From the NCBI GenBank assembly GCA_964461635.1, contig CAYWVC010000001.1, forward strand, positions 627 to 64,626: DNA of 64,000 nt. The letters are read 5' to 3'. The stretch is from an uncultured Lachnospiraceae bacterium (lineage in GTDB: Bacteria > Bacillota > Clostridia > Oscillospirales > CAG-272). Of the stretch, positions 1 to 9,747 are shown piece by piece. The notes under the pieces are model-generated. The model did not search any database. It was not told the origin of the DNA and worked only from the letters and a program-made list of their open reading frames with translations. A program made the position numbers and the translations under genes. Every line of letters starts with the position of its first letter. The first letter of the stretch is position 1.

Positions 1-48
1 CTCAAGACCGATGACGTTAAAACGATACTGGCGAAGTACAAGGACTGA
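1..48 (+). CDS. 3' end of an ORF cut by the window edge; probably the NuoE-like (HydC) hydrogenase subunit
   Basis: Frame 1 reads LKTDDVKTILAKYKD followed by TGA at 46-48. It lies directly upstream of the HK-like ATPase/ferredoxin/hydB/hydA genes. Identity is by context only, since 15 aa are visible. Confidence 0.3.
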   Translation, partial: LKTDDVKTILAKYKD

Positions 49-57
49 TCTCTCGGT

Positions 58-612
58 ATGAAGGAGCTGTCGCTGAATATTCTTGATATAACGCAGAATT
101 CGATAAGTGCCGGTGCCGACCGTATAAGCATTGAGTTGACCGAGGATGCCTCGCATCTGCTGACCGTTGCGATACGCGATAACGGTTGCGGTATGTCGGC
201 GGAAACGGTAGCAAGGGTGGTCGATCCGTTTTATACCACGAGGACCACGAGAAAGGTGGGTATGGGTATACCGCTGTTCAAGCTTGCGTCTGAGCAGACG
301 GGCGGGGAGCTTAAGATAGACTCCGTTACCTCGGATGCCGATCCGCACAACCACGGGACTTCGGTCGTCGCGACCTTTCATACCGACAGCATCGATTTTA
401 CCCCGATCGGGGATATCGTGTCTACCGTTTGCGTTATCATTCAGGGACATCCCGAGATCAATTATGTATTCAGGCATAAAACGCCCGAATACGACGTGTT
501 CCTCAACACGTCGGAATTGCGTGAGGTGCTTGGGGAGGGGATCTCCCTCGGTGAGCCCGAGATCATTGCGTGGATCGCCGATTACCTAACGCAACAATAT
601 AATAATGAATAA
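58..612 (+). CDS. Stand-alone histidine-kinase-like ATPase domain protein (HATPase_c only) of the hydrogenase operon
   Basis: 184 aa. N-box-like ELSLNILDITQNSISAG, G1 DNGCGM, G2 GMGIPL. No DHp/phospho-His or sensor domain is visible. Confidence 0.75.
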   Translation: MKELSLNILDITQNSISAGADRISIELTEDASHLLTVAIRDNGCGMSAETVARVVDPFYTTRTTRKVGMGIPLFKLASEQTGGELKIDSVTSDADPHNHGTSVVATFHTDSIDFTPIGDIVSTVCVIIQGHPEINYVFRHKTPEYDVFLNTSELREVLGEGISLGEPEIIAWIADYLTQQYNNE

Positions 613-632
613 TATTCGGAGGATAAAAGGCT

Positions 633-1004
633 ATGAAATCATTAGCGGAACTTGCAGCAATCAGAGACAAAATGAAGGATCGCGTTGCTATGCGTGAGAG
701 CTCGGGTCAGGTGCGTGTCGTAGTCGGAATGGCTACCTGCGGCATCGCGGCGGGAGCTCGCCCCGTGCTTGCAGCCTTCGTTGAGAAGGTCAGCGAAGCC
801 GGACTTGCCGAAAAGGTGACCGTGTCTCAGACCGGTTGTATAGGCATTTGCCAGTTCGAACCCGTGGTAGAGGTTTTTGAAGAGGGCAAAGAAAAGGTTA
901 CTTACGTAAAAATGACCGCCGAAAAAGCGGCAGAGATCGTGGAAAAGCACCTGAAGGGCGGTCAGGTCGTCGAGCAGTATACGATCGGCAATTATAAGGA
1001 TTAA
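633..1004 (+). CDS. Thioredoxin-like [2Fe-2S] ferredoxin
   Basis: 123 aa. Cys pattern MATCGIAAG ... TGCIGICQFEP. SD ggagg is 9 nt upstream of the ATG. Confidence 0.8.
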   Translation: MKSLAELAAIRDKMKDRVAMRESSGQVRVVVGMATCGIAAGARPVLAAFVEKVSEAGLAEKVTVSQTGCIGICQFEPVVEVFEEGKEKVTYVKMTAEKAAEIVEKHLKGGQVVEQYTIGNYKD

Positions 1005-1026
1005 GGTCAAGGAGGAATAACGCATT

Positions 1027-2820
1027 ATGATACGCTCACATGTCCTGATCTGCGGCGGAACGGGTTGTACCTCTTCCGGAAGTGCAGCGGTAAGGGAAGC
1101 TCTTGAAAAGGAGCTTGAGGCAAAGGGACTTACCGAAGAAATTAAGATAGTGACCACCGGGTGCTTCGGACTTTGCGCCCTCGGTCCGGTTATGATCGTA
1201 TATCCGGACGGCACGTTCTACAGTATGGTTAAACCGGAGGACGTTACCGAGATCGTTGAGGAGCATCTTCTCAAGGGTCGTCCGGTTGCAAGACTTGAAT
1301 ACCACGAAAAGAGCGGTGATCACCACATCCCGACCTCTCTTTCGGACACGCAGTTCTATAAGAGACAGCACCGCGTCGCGCTTCGCAACTGCGGTGTTAT
1401 AAACCCCGAGGATATTAACGAATACATAGCCGTTGACGGATATCAGGCACTTGGTAAGGTGCTTACCGAGATGACCCCCGATGAGGTCATTCAGACTATG
1501 CTTGATTCGGGACTTCGCGGGCGCGGCGGCGCGGGCTTCCCGACCGGTCTGAAATGGAAGTTTGCCTCCGGTAACCGCGGCAAGGTCCAGAAGTACGTTT
1601 GCTGTAACGCCGATGAGGGCGACCCCGGAGCCTTTATGGACAGATCCATACTTGAGGGTGACCCCCACGCAGTGCTTGAGGCTATGGCTATCGCCGGATA
1701 TGCGATCGGTTCAAATCAGGGCTACATTTATGTCCGCGCCGAGTACCCGATAGCTATTCACCGTCTTGAGATCGCAATAAAGCAGGCACACGAGCTCGGC
1801 TTGCTCGGAACCGATATTTTCGGTACCGGATTTGATTTTGACGTTCAGCTCAGATTCGGTGCGGGTGCTTTCGTTTGCGGTGAGGAAACCGCACTTATGA
1901 CCTCTATTGAGGGCAAGCGCGGCGAGCCGCGTCCCCGTCCTCCTTTCCCGGCGGTCAAGGGTCTGTTTGCTCAGCCTACCATACTCAATAACGTCGAGAC
2001 CTACGCAAACATCCCGCAGATCATTCTTAAGGGTGCCGACTGGTTTGCATCTATGGGAAGTGAGAAGTCAAAGGGCACCAAGGTTTTCGCCCTTGGCGGT
2101 AAGATCACGAATACGGGACTTATCGAGATCCCGATGGGAACCTCTCTGCGTGAGATAATTTACGATATCGGCGGCGGAGTGCCGAACGGCAAGAAGCTTA
2201 AGGCGGTTCAGACCGGCGGTCCTTCCGGCGGATGTATCCCCGCAAGCCTTATCGACACACCCGTTGACTACGAGAGCCTTGCGGCGATCGGTTCGATCAT
2301 CGGTTCGGGCGGTATGATCGTTATGGACGAGGATAACTGTATGGTCGATATCGCGAAATTCTTCCTTGAATTCACGGTCGACGAATCCTGCGGAAAGTGT
2401 ACCGCGTGCCGCGTTGGTACGAGAAGACTCCTTGAGCTCTTGGATAAGGTCATCTCCGGAAACGGTGAGATGGAGGACCTTGACAAAATGGAGCAGCTCG
2501 CAATGTATATCAAGACCAATTCGCTCTGCGGTCTTGGTCAGACGGCACCTAACCCCGTTCTTTCCACGCTCAAATATTTCCGTGAGGAATATATTGCTCA
2601 TATCGTGGACAAGAAGTGCCCGGCGCACGTTTGCAAGAAGCTCGTAAGATATAAGATCCTTGAGGATAAGTGCCGCGGATGCACGAAGTGCGCGAGAAAC
2701 TGCCCGGTCAACGCCATCAGCGGCTCGGTCAAGCAGCTTCATACGATCGATCAGCAGAAGTGCATAAAGTGCGGAGCCTGTATGACCGGTTGTGCGTTTA
2801 AGGCTATTGTCAAGGAATAA
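1027..2820 (+). CDS. hydB: NuoF-like NAD(P)H-binding flavoprotein subunit of bifurcating [FeFe]-hydrogenase (HydB)
   Basis: 597 aa. N-terminal Trx-like 2Fe-2S (CGGTGC...CFGLCALGP), FMN/NADH site GRGGAGFPTGLKW, and C-terminal CRGCTKCARNCP and CIKCGACMTGC 4Fe-4S motifs. Confidence 0.9.
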   Translation: MIRSHVLICGGTGCTSSGSAAVREALEKELEAKGLTEEIKIVTTGCFGLCALGPVMIVYPDGTFYSMVKPEDVTEIVEEHLLKGRPVARLEYHEKSGDHHIPTSLSDTQFYKRQHRVALRNCGVINPEDINEYIAVDGYQALGKVLTEMTPDEVIQTMLDSGLRGRGGAGFPTGLKWKFASGNRGKVQKYVCCNADEGDPGAFMDRSILEGDPHAVLEAMAIAGYAIGSNQGYIYVRAEYPIAIHRLEIAIKQAHELGLLGTDIFGTGFDFDVQLRFGAGAFVCGEETALMTSIEGKRGEPRPRPPFPAVKGLFAQPTILNNVETYANIPQIILKGADWFASMGSEKSKGTKVFALGGKITNTGLIEIPMGTSLREIIYDIGGGVPNGKKLKAVQTGGPSGGCIPASLIDTPVDYESLAAIGSIIGSGGMIVMDEDNCMVDIAKFFLEFTVDESCGKCTACRVGTRRLLELLDKVISGNGEMEDLDKMEQLAMYIKTNSLCGLGQTAPNPVLSTLKYFREEYIAHIVDKKCPAHVCKKLVRYKILEDKCRGCTKCARNCPVNAISGSVKQLHTIDQQKCIKCGACMTGCAFKAIVKE

Positions 2821-2840
2821 GATAAGGAGAGTTCAGGATA

Positions 2841-4595
2841 ATGGATAACATTACAGTTACGATTAACGGCAAAGAATATGAGGTTGCCGCCGGTGTGACG
2901 GTCCTTGAGGCCGCCAGAGCGGCAAACATCAACATCCCGACTCTTTGCTATTTGAAGGATATCAACGAGATCGGCGCGTGCCGTATGTGCGTGGTCGAGG
3001 TATCCGAGGGCGGAAAGCCCTTCAGAATGGTCACGGCGTGCGTTTATCCCGTGTCCAACGGTATGGTCATTAAGACCGATTCGCCGAAGATCAACGAGTC
3101 AAGAAAGCTCAACCTTGAGCTGCTTCTTTCCAACCATAATCAGGATTGCCTGTCCTGCGTGCGCTCTACCACCTGCGAGCTTCAGAAGCTTTGCCGCGAT
3201 TACGGCGTTTCAAGCAGCAGATTCGGCGGTGCGAAGACCGAGACACACACCGACTATTCGTCCGCGGCAATTATGCGCGATAATTCCAAGTGCATTCTTT
3301 GTCGTCGTTGCGTTGCGGCGTGTAAGACTATGCAGGATATCGGCGTTATAGGCGCAAATAACCGTGGATTCGATACCGAGATAGGGTGCGCATTCGAGAT
3401 GAAGCTTGCCGATACCGCTTGTGTAAATTGCGGTCAGTGCATCGTTGCGTGCCCGACCGGTGCGCTTCATGAGAAGGATCAGACCGCAGAGGTGTTTGAG
3501 GCACTTGCCGATCCCGATAAGAAGGTCTACCTTTGCACGGCGCCCTCGGTACGTGCGACGTTGGGCGAATGCTTCGGCTATGCACCCGGCACCGACGTTG
3601 AGGGTAAGATGGTCGCGGCCGCCAAGCGCCTCGGCTTTGACGGCGTGTTCGATATGAACTTTACCGCCGACCTTACGATTATGGAGGAGGGCTACGAGCT
3701 CATCAGCCGTATAAAGGAAAACAAGAATCTTCCTTTGATCACCTCCTGCTCGCCCGGTTGGGTCAAGTATTGTGAGCATTATTTCCCGGAATTTACCGAT
3801 AATCTTTCGACCTGCAAGTCTCCTCAGCAGATGTTCGGCGCGGTGATGAAGACCTATTTCGCAGAGAAGAACGGTATTGATCCGGCAGACATTTACTTCG
3901 TGTCCGCCATTCCTTGTACCGCGAAGAAGTTTGAGGTCAGACGCGAGCACGAATGTGCCGCGGGTGAGGGCATCTACGACGTGGACGTTGCGATCACTAC
4001 CCGCGAGCTCGGCAGAATGATCGAGAAGGCAGGCATCGACTTTAAGGCTCTGGACGACGAGCAGTTTGACGATCCGTTCAGCATCGGCTCCGGTGCGGGT
4101 GCCATCTTCGGCGCGACCGGCGGAGTTATGGAGGCGGCTCTTCGTACTGCCGCAGAGGTCTTGACCGGCAAAGAGCTCAAGAAGGTCGACTTCAGTGAGG
4201 TTCGCGGTAATGCCGCCATCAAGCTTGCGACCTACGATCTCGGCGGTCTGACCGTCAAGGTTGCCGTTGCCAGCGGAACGAAGAACGCCAAAGAGCTTCT
4301 GAATAAGATCAAGTCGGGCGAGATCGAGGCACAGTTTGTCGAGATTATGTGTTGCCCGGGCGGATGCGTAAACGGCGGCGGTCAGCCGACTCAGCCCGCT
4401 TACGTGCGTAACAACACCGATCTTCAGGGACTTCGCGCTGCGGTGCTTTATAATGCCGATGCCAATAAGCTTCAGTACAGAAAGTCGCACGAGAATCCCC
4501 GTATCAAGCAGATCTACGAGGAATTCTTCGGTGAGCCCAACAGCCACAAAGCGCACGAGATACTTCACACCTCGTACGTTAAGCGTGGCGTTTGA
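2841..4595 (+). CDS. hydA: [FeFe]-hydrogenase catalytic subunit (HydA), with a non-canonical L1 motif
   Basis: 584 aa. N-terminal 2Fe-2S (CYLKDINEIGACRMC), HNQDCLSCVRSTTC, two ferredoxin-type CxxCxxCxxxC motifs. H-domain motifs are TSCSPGW, IPCTAKKFE and EIMCCPGGCVNGGGQP. Confidence 0.9.
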   Translation: MDNITVTINGKEYEVAAGVTVLEAARAANINIPTLCYLKDINEIGACRMCVVEVSEGGKPFRMVTACVYPVSNGMVIKTDSPKINESRKLNLELLLSNHNQDCLSCVRSTTCELQKLCRDYGVSSSRFGGAKTETHTDYSSAAIMRDNSKCILCRRCVAACKTMQDIGVIGANNRGFDTEIGCAFEMKLADTACVNCGQCIVACPTGALHEKDQTAEVFEALADPDKKVYLCTAPSVRATLGECFGYAPGTDVEGKMVAAAKRLGFDGVFDMNFTADLTIMEEGYELISRIKENKNLPLITSCSPGWVKYCEHYFPEFTDNLSTCKSPQQMFGAVMKTYFAEKNGIDPADIYFVSAIPCTAKKFEVRREHECAAGEGIYDVDVAITTRELGRMIEKAGIDFKALDDEQFDDPFSIGSGAGAIFGATGGVMEAALRTAAEVLTGKELKKVDFSEVRGNAAIKLATYDLGGLTVKVAVASGTKNAKELLNKIKSGEIEAQFVEIMCCPGGCVNGGGQPTQPAYVRNNTDLQGLRAAVLYNADANKLQYRKSHENPRIKQIYEEFFGEPNSHKAHEILHTSYVKRGV

Positions 4596-4620
4596 TATCG
4601 AAGATCATAAAATAATGTGG

Positions 4621-4658
4621 ATCATCCCCGCCGCATAGTAGCGGCGGGGATGATTTTT
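4621..4658 (+). terminator. Rho-independent terminator of the hyd operon
   Basis: 14-bp perfect stem atcatccccgccgc / gcggcggggatgat, 6-nt loop, then TTTT. Confidence 0.85.
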
Positions 4659-4730
4659 GCCTAATATGCGCAAAAACGGAGCTTGATTTTGTGCTTATTT
4701 TACAAAAATAGAGAAATGCTCTTTATGCGG

Positions 4731-4759
4731 TTGACAAACGTCAGAGTGTGTGGTATTAT
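4731..4759 (+). promoter_or_regulatory. Sigma-A-type promoter of the amino-acid ABC operon
   Basis: TTGACA (4731-4736), 17-nt spacer, TATTAT (4754-4759) preceded by TGg. Confidence 0.6.
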
Positions 4760-4760
4760 A

Positions 4761-4788
4761 TTAACGCTTTAGCAAAGTAAAGCGTTAA
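4761..4788. promoter_or_regulatory. Perfect 10-bp inverted repeat over the predicted transcription start (candidate operator or 5' stem-loop)
   Basis: TTAACGCTTT (4761-4770), 8-nt gap, AAAGCGTTAA (4779-4788). It starts 2 nt after the -10 box. Confidence 0.45.
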
Positions 4789-4808
4789 AGCGGAACGGAG
4801 AAAATAAA

Positions 4809-5609
4809 ATGAAAAAGATCATCGCGGTTATTCTGGTTACGGTTATCCTTGCATTTTCGCTTGTATCGTGCTCCGACAGTACGGCAAGCGACGCGGAGTA
4901 CATAAAGGGCAAGGGCACGCTTGTGATAGGCATCACCTATTTTGAGCCTATGAACTATATCGAAGATGGCGAGCTCACCGGATTTGAAACCGAATTTGCC
5001 ACCGAGGTATGCAAGATCATCGGTGTTACACCCGAATTTCAAGAAATAAATTGGGGCACGAAAGAAATAGAGCTGCAGGGTAAAACTATAGACTGCATTT
5101 GGAATGGCTTTACGATTGATGACGACCGTCTTCAGGCTATGTCGATCTCAACGCCGTATATGAAAAATTATCAGGTCCTTGTTATGAAGAGCGATAAGGT
5201 TAACAGCTATACCGATGCCGGATCGTTTAACGGTGCAAAGATAGTTGCCGAGATGGAATCGACGGGCGAAGCGGTGGCTATGAACAATAAGCTTTTCGCT
5301 TCGGCAAAATATACCGCCGTCAAGTCAATGAAGGATGCGGTTATGGAGGTTAAGAACGGCACGGCTGATATGTGCATCATCGACTATATTACCGCGCTCG
5401 GTATGGTCGGGGAGGGAACCGCTTACGCCGACCTTGCCGTTGATAAGAATTTTACCTTTGAAAACGAAAATTACGGTATCGCCTTCAGAAAGGGCAGTGA
5501 CTTCACGGCTCTTGTAAATGCCGCGATCGCGGAGCTGCAAAGCAACGGTAAATTGGCGGAGATTGCCGCAAAATACAAGCTTACGGAACAATTGATCGTC
5601 AACGGTTAA
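4809..5609 (+). CDS. Polar amino-acid ABC transporter substrate-binding lipoprotein
   Basis: 266 aa. Signal peptide with lipobox FSLVSC. SBP_bac_3-like core (GTLVIGITYFEPMNY, IDCIWNGFTI). Followed by permease and ATPase genes. Confidence 0.85.
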   Translation: MKKIIAVILVTVILAFSLVSCSDSTASDAEYIKGKGTLVIGITYFEPMNYIEDGELTGFETEFATEVCKIIGVTPEFQEINWGTKEIELQGKTIDCIWNGFTIDDDRLQAMSISTPYMKNYQVLVMKSDKVNSYTDAGSFNGAKIVAEMESTGEAVAMNNKLFASAKYTAVKSMKDAVMEVKNGTADMCIIDYITALGMVGEGTAYADLAVDKNFTFENENYGIAFRKGSDFTALVNAAIAELQSNGKLAEIAAKYKLTEQLIVNG

Positions 5610-5629
5610 GGGCTTTATTCGCGCAAATT

Positions 5630-6265
5630 ATGACTGAAATAATCAAATCCTTGGCATCGGGCTTTGGATTGAACGTTTTGATATTTTTCGCCACCTTGAT
5701 CGGTGCCGTCCCGCTCGGTATGCTCATTATGTTCTGCACACGTTCGAGGATCAAGCCCATCTCGTGGCTGTCAAAGCTGTTCGTCTGGGTCATTCGGGGC
5801 ACTCCGCTTATGCTTCAGCTTATTGCGGTGTTCTTCCTTCCGAGCATTCTTTGGCATCAAACGTTCGATCGCGAGGTCGCGGCGATCATCGCCTTTATTA
5901 TCAATTACGCCTGCTACTTTTCGGAGATATTCCGCGGCGGATTGGAGAGCATTCCGCACGGACAGTATGAGGCGGGCGCAGTCCTCGGTATGACGAGCGG
6001 TCAAGTGTTCTTCAAGGTAATATTTATGCAGCTTATCAAACGGATAGTGCCGCCTATGGGCAATGAGATCATTACGCTCATCAAGGACACCTCGCTGTCG
6101 AACGTGATCGCCGTGGCGGAGATTATTATGACCTCCCAACGCTTCTTGGCTAAAGGAATACTCTGGCCATTCTTCTCGACCGCAATATTTTTCCTGATAT
6201 TTAACGGTATAGTTACCGTCATCTTGAATCGGGTCGAGAAAAAGCTTAGCTATTACAAGGTTTGA
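5630..6265 (+). CDS. Amino-acid ABC transporter permease
   Basis: 211 aa, multi-TM. His/Glu/Gln/Arg-type permease motif region (EIFRGGLESIPHGQYEAGAVLGM). Confidence 0.85.
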   Translation: MTEIIKSLASGFGLNVLIFFATLIGAVPLGMLIMFCTRSRIKPISWLSKLFVWVIRGTPLMLQLIAVFFLPSILWHQTFDREVAAIIAFIINYACYFSEIFRGGLESIPHGQYEAGAVLGMTSGQVFFKVIFMQLIKRIVPPMGNEIITLIKDTSLSNVIAVAEIIMTSQRFLAKGILWPFFSTAIFFLIFNGIVTVILNRVEKKLSYYKV

Positions 6266-6277
6266 ACGGGGGGAGCT

Positions 6278-7060
6278 ATGTCGTTTCTTGAAGTAGAAAA
6301 TATATACAAGCGCTTCGGTAATACCGAGGTAATAAAAGGAGTCAGCTTTTCGGTCGAGCGAGGCGAGGTGGTCAGTATTATAGGCTCCTCGGGCGGCGGC
6401 AAGACGACGCTGTTCCGCTGTCTCAACCTTTTGGAGCTCCCCGACAGCGGCTCGATCAGGGTGAACGGCAACACCGTCTTTGATGGGGCAAGTGATAAAA
6501 GGATAAAGGACCGTGAACTTCGCCGCAGACGGTTGCACTTTGGCTTGGTGTTTCAGCAATTCAATCTTTTTCCGCAGTACAACGTATTTGATAATATCTG
6601 CTTAGCTCCCAAGCTGATGGCAAAGGAGTCCCCCGAGTACCGGCAGAATAAGCGATCGATCAATGAGGAGATCGAAGCTAACGCCATGCAATTGCTTGAG
6701 CGCATCGGTCTGGCGGATAAGGTCAAGAGTTATCCGTCGGAACTCTCGGGCGGACAGCAGCAACGGGTCGCAATTGCACGCGCTTTGGCTATGCATCCCG
6801 ACGTTCTGTGCTTTGACGAGCCGACGAGTGCGCTTGATCCCGAGCTGACGGGCGAGGTTCTCGACGTTATAAGGGGACTGAAAAACGGTGATATGACGAT
6901 GATGATCGTCACGCACGAAATGGCGTTTGCGCGGAGTGTATCAGACCGCGTGATCTTCATATCCGAAGGGGTGATAGAGGAGGAGGGCACTCCCGATCAG
7001 ATCTTCCTTAACCCCAAGAGCGAAAAGACAAAAACGTTCGTCAGCAATTCGATTAAGTAA
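6278..7060 (+). CDS. Amino-acid ABC transporter ATP-binding protein
   Basis: 260 aa. Walker [10 protein letters not shown], signature [15 protein letters not shown], Walker [13 protein letters not shown]. Confidence 0.9.
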   Translation: MSFLEVENIYKRFGNTEVIKGVSFSVERGEVVSIIGSSGGGKTTLFRCLNLLELPDSGSIRVNGNTVFDGASDKRIKDRELRRRRLHFGLVFQQFNLFPQYNVFDNICLAPKLMAKESPEYRQNKRSINEEIEANAMQLLERIGLADKVKSYPSELSGGQQQRVAIARALAMHPDVLCFDEPTSALDPELTGEVLDVIRGLKNGDMTMMIVTHEMAFARSVSDRVIFISEGVIEEEGTPDQIFLNPKSEKTKTFVSNSIK

Positions 7061-7068
7061 ATATTTAT

Positions 7069-7112
7069 GCTCAGATTTGCCTCTTTTGCGGAGAGTGGAT
7101 CTGAGCTTTTTT
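7069..7112 (+). terminator. Rho-independent terminator after the ABC operon
   Basis: gctcagat ... atctgagc stem followed by TTTTTT. Confidence 0.7.
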
Positions 7113-7141
7113 AGCATAATGATGATTTTTTAACGATCTTA

Positions 7142-7170
7142 TTGATTGTCGTGCCGGATAATGGTATAAT
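7142..7170 (+). promoter_or_regulatory. Sigma-A-type promoter of copA
   Basis: TTGATT, 17-nt spacer, TGgTATAAT (7165-7170). Confidence 0.55.
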
Positions 7171-7236
7171 AAAGTAAAAGAATGACGGTGATCTGATCTG
7201 CTGATCATCGGGAAGGCAAAAAAGGAGAAGGTTATC

Positions 7237-9747
7237 TTGAAACAGTTTAACGTGACCGGGATGAGCTGTGCCGCTTGCAGTGCAAGAGTAGAGAAGGCGG
7301 TGTCAAATGTTAAGGGCGTTACGTCGTGTTCGGTGAGCCTTTTGACCAATTCGATGGGGGTCGAGGGCACTGCCGAGGACAGCGCGATCATCGCGGCAGT
7401 GGAAAAAGCGGGCTATGGTGCGACGCTTAAGGGGGGCGCGGCTTCGCCCGAAAGGTCTGCGGACGATCCCTTGCGTGACCGTGAGACGCCGAGGCTCGTT
7501 CGGCGACTTAGTGCGTCGGCGGTATTTCTGCTGTTGTTAATGTATATATCTATGGGTCATATGATGTGGGGCTGGTGGCTCCCGTCGTGGCTTGCCGATA
7601 ATCATATTGCTATGGGACTTGCTCAAATGATCCTGTCTGCTACCGTTATGGTAATTAACCAAAAGTTCTTCATCAGCGGCTTTAAGGCATTGATCAAGCG
7701 TTCCCCGAATATGGACACCTTGGTCGCTCTCGGCTCCGCCGCGTCGTTCGGATGGAGCGTCGTAGTGCTTTTCCTTATGACCGACGCTCAGATGCGCGGC
7801 GATACCAACGCCGTTATGCAATATATGGATAGCTTTTATTTTGAGTCGGCGGCAATGATTCTTACCCTTATTACAGTCGGCAAGCTGCTTGAGGCGCGAT
7901 CGAAGGGCAAGACCACCGACGCGCTCAGGAGCCTTATGAAGCTTGCACCGCAGAGCGCGACCGTAGTGACCGATGAAGGGGAGACCGTGGTGCCGATCGA
8001 ACGCGTTAAGATAGGGGACGTTTTTGCGGTTCGCCCCGGGGAGAATATTCCGGTCGACGGCATAGTGATCGACGGTAGCAGTGCGGTAAACGAAGCGGCG
8101 TTGACGGGTGAAAGCATACCGGTGGATAAGCACGTCGGCGATCGGGTATCGGCGGCTACGGTCAATCAATCCGGATATATAAAGTGTGAGGCAACCAGAG
8201 TCGGCGAAGATACCACCTTGTCGCAGATAATCAAGATGGTGAGTGATGCCGCCGCAACGAAGGCTCCGATAGCCAAGGTTGCCGATCGTGTTTCGGGAGT
8301 TTTCGTTCCGATAGTTATGGGCATTTCTCTCGTTGCGCTTGCGGTTTGGCTTATTATAACCGGGGATTTCGGATATTCGTTGGCAAGGGGCATATCGGTG
8401 CTCGTGATAAGCTGTCCTTGCGCGCTTGGACTTGCCACACCGGTAGCTATAATGGTCGGAAACGGAGTTGGGGCACGAAACGGAATTCTGTTCAAAAATG
8501 CGTCTGCTCTTGAGGCGGCGGGAAAAACAAGGATAATTGCGCTTGATAAGACGGGTACTATCACAAACGGCGAGCCTCTCGTGACCGATCTGCTTCCCGC
8601 GGACGGTGTGTCGGAACGCGAGCTCCTTGAGCTTGCCGCGGCTGTCGAGGCAAAGAGTGAGCATCCCTTGGCGAAGGCGATATTGAAAAAGGGCGAGGAG
8701 CTTGGGCTTTCCGTGCCCGACGTATATGACTTTAAGGCTCTTACGGGAAGCGGAGTTTCCGGTAATGTCGGAGATAGTCTTATCTTGGGCGGAAGCTTGA
8801 AATTCATATCGGAAGGTGTTGCGATAGACGACGGCGTGACACGTATGGCGGGAAGCTTGGCTGAGGACGGCAAGACCCCGCTTCTGTTTACGCGCAACGG
8901 AAAGCTGCTTGGAATGATCGCGGTTGCGGATACGGTCAAGGCAGACAGCCCCGCCGCGATACGTGCCCTGAGAGATATGGGAATCAGCGTGGTAATGCTT
9001 ACGGGCGATAATGAACGCACGGCAAAGGCAATAGGAACCTTGGCGGGTGTTGACGAGGTGATAGCCGACGTTTTGCCCGACGGCAAGGAGGCTGTCATTA
9101 GGGAGCTTAAAAAGCAGGGCAGGGTAGCTATGGTCGGCGACGGCATAAACGATGCGCCCGCGCTTGTACGTGCCGACGTCGGTATAGCCATCGGTGCCGG
9201 TGCCGACGTCGCGATAGATGCCGCCGATATCGTCCTTATGAAAAGCTCGCTTGCCGACGTTCCCGCGGCGATAAGCCTGAGCCGCGCTACGCTGAGGAAT
9301 ATTCACGAAAATCTCTTCTGGGCGTTCATATATAACGGAATCGGAATACCCTTGGCGGCGGGATGCTTCGTGGCGTTCGGACTTACCTTAAACCCTATGT
9401 TCGGTGCGGCGGCTATGAGCCTTTCGAGCTTTTGCGTGGTCACGAATGCTTTGCGCCTGAACTTCTGCAATATCTACCGCGCACCAAGGCATCGGACTCA
9501 TAGCCGTCAGACGGACGTTCACGCAACATTGACCCAAAACGTCTTGCGCGAGCAGACGGTACGTATCGACGGAATGATGTGCGGCCATTGTGAAGCACGC
9601 GTAAAGGAAGCGCTTGAAGCATTGCCTTTTGTCACAAGTGCGAAGGCCGATCACACCAAAGGGGAGGCTCTGCTGAAGCTTAACGGCGAACCCTCCGATA
9701 AAGAGATCAAAAAAGCAGTGAAAAAAGCAGGTTATAAGGTGATATGA
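7237..9747 (+). CDS. copA: Copper-translocating P1B-type ATPase with N- and C-terminal HMA domains
   Basis: 836 aa. TTG start 9 nt after GGAG. N-terminal GMSCAAC, TM CPC motif ([11 protein letters not shown]), [16 protein letters not shown]-terminal second HMA (GMMCGHC). Confidence 0.9.
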   Translation: MKQFNVTGMSCAACSARVEKAVSNVKGVTSCSVSLLTNSMGVEGTAEDSAIIAAVEKAGYGATLKGGAASPERSADDPLRDRETPRLVRRLSASAVFLLLLMYISMGHMMWGWWLPSWLADNHIAMGLAQMILSATVMVINQKFFISGFKALIKRSPNMDTLVALGSAASFGWSVVVLFLMTDAQMRGDTNAVMQYMDSFYFESAAMILTLITVGKLLEARSKGKTTDALRSLMKLAPQSATVVTDEGETVVPIERVKIGDVFAVRPGENIPVDGIVIDGSSAVNEAALTGESIPVDKHVGDRVSAATVNQSGYIKCEATRVGEDTTLSQIIKMVSDAAATKAPIAKVADRVSGVFVPIVMGISLVALAVWLIITGDFGYSLARGISVLVISCPCALGLATPVAIMVGNGVGARNGILFKNASALEAAGKTRIIALDKTGTITNGEPLVTDLLPADGVSERELLELAAAVEAKSEHPLAKAILKKGEELGLSVPDVYDFKALTGSGVSGNVGDSLILGGSLKFISEGVAIDDGVTRMAGSLAEDGKTPLLFTRNGKLLGMIAVADTVKADSPAAIRALRDMGISVVMLTGDNERTAKAIGTLAGVDEVIADVLPDGKEAVIRELKKQGRVAMVGDGINDAPALVRADVGIAIGAGADVAIDAADIVLMKSSLADVPAAISLSRATLRNIHENLFWAFIYNGIGIPLAAGCFVAFGLTLNPMFGAAAMSLSSFCVVTNALRLNFCNIYRAPRHRTHSRQTDVHATLTQNVLREQTVRIDGMMCGHCEARVKEALEALPFVTSAKADHTKGEALLKLNGEPSDKEIKKAVKKAGYKVI

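Noticed and set aside
3210-4568. Other long antisense ORFs: 3210-4568 (hydA), 7537-9306 (copA), 12481-13596 (Ldh_2), 41937-43106 (TF-like lipoprotein), 47024-48061 (EF-G2), 56175-57215 (sugar isomerase).
   Set aside because: I checked each one. All share the codon-aligned antisense register with a strongly supported sense gene (identical coordinate residue mod 3). This is the same shadow-ORF mechanism, and none has an SD or motifs.
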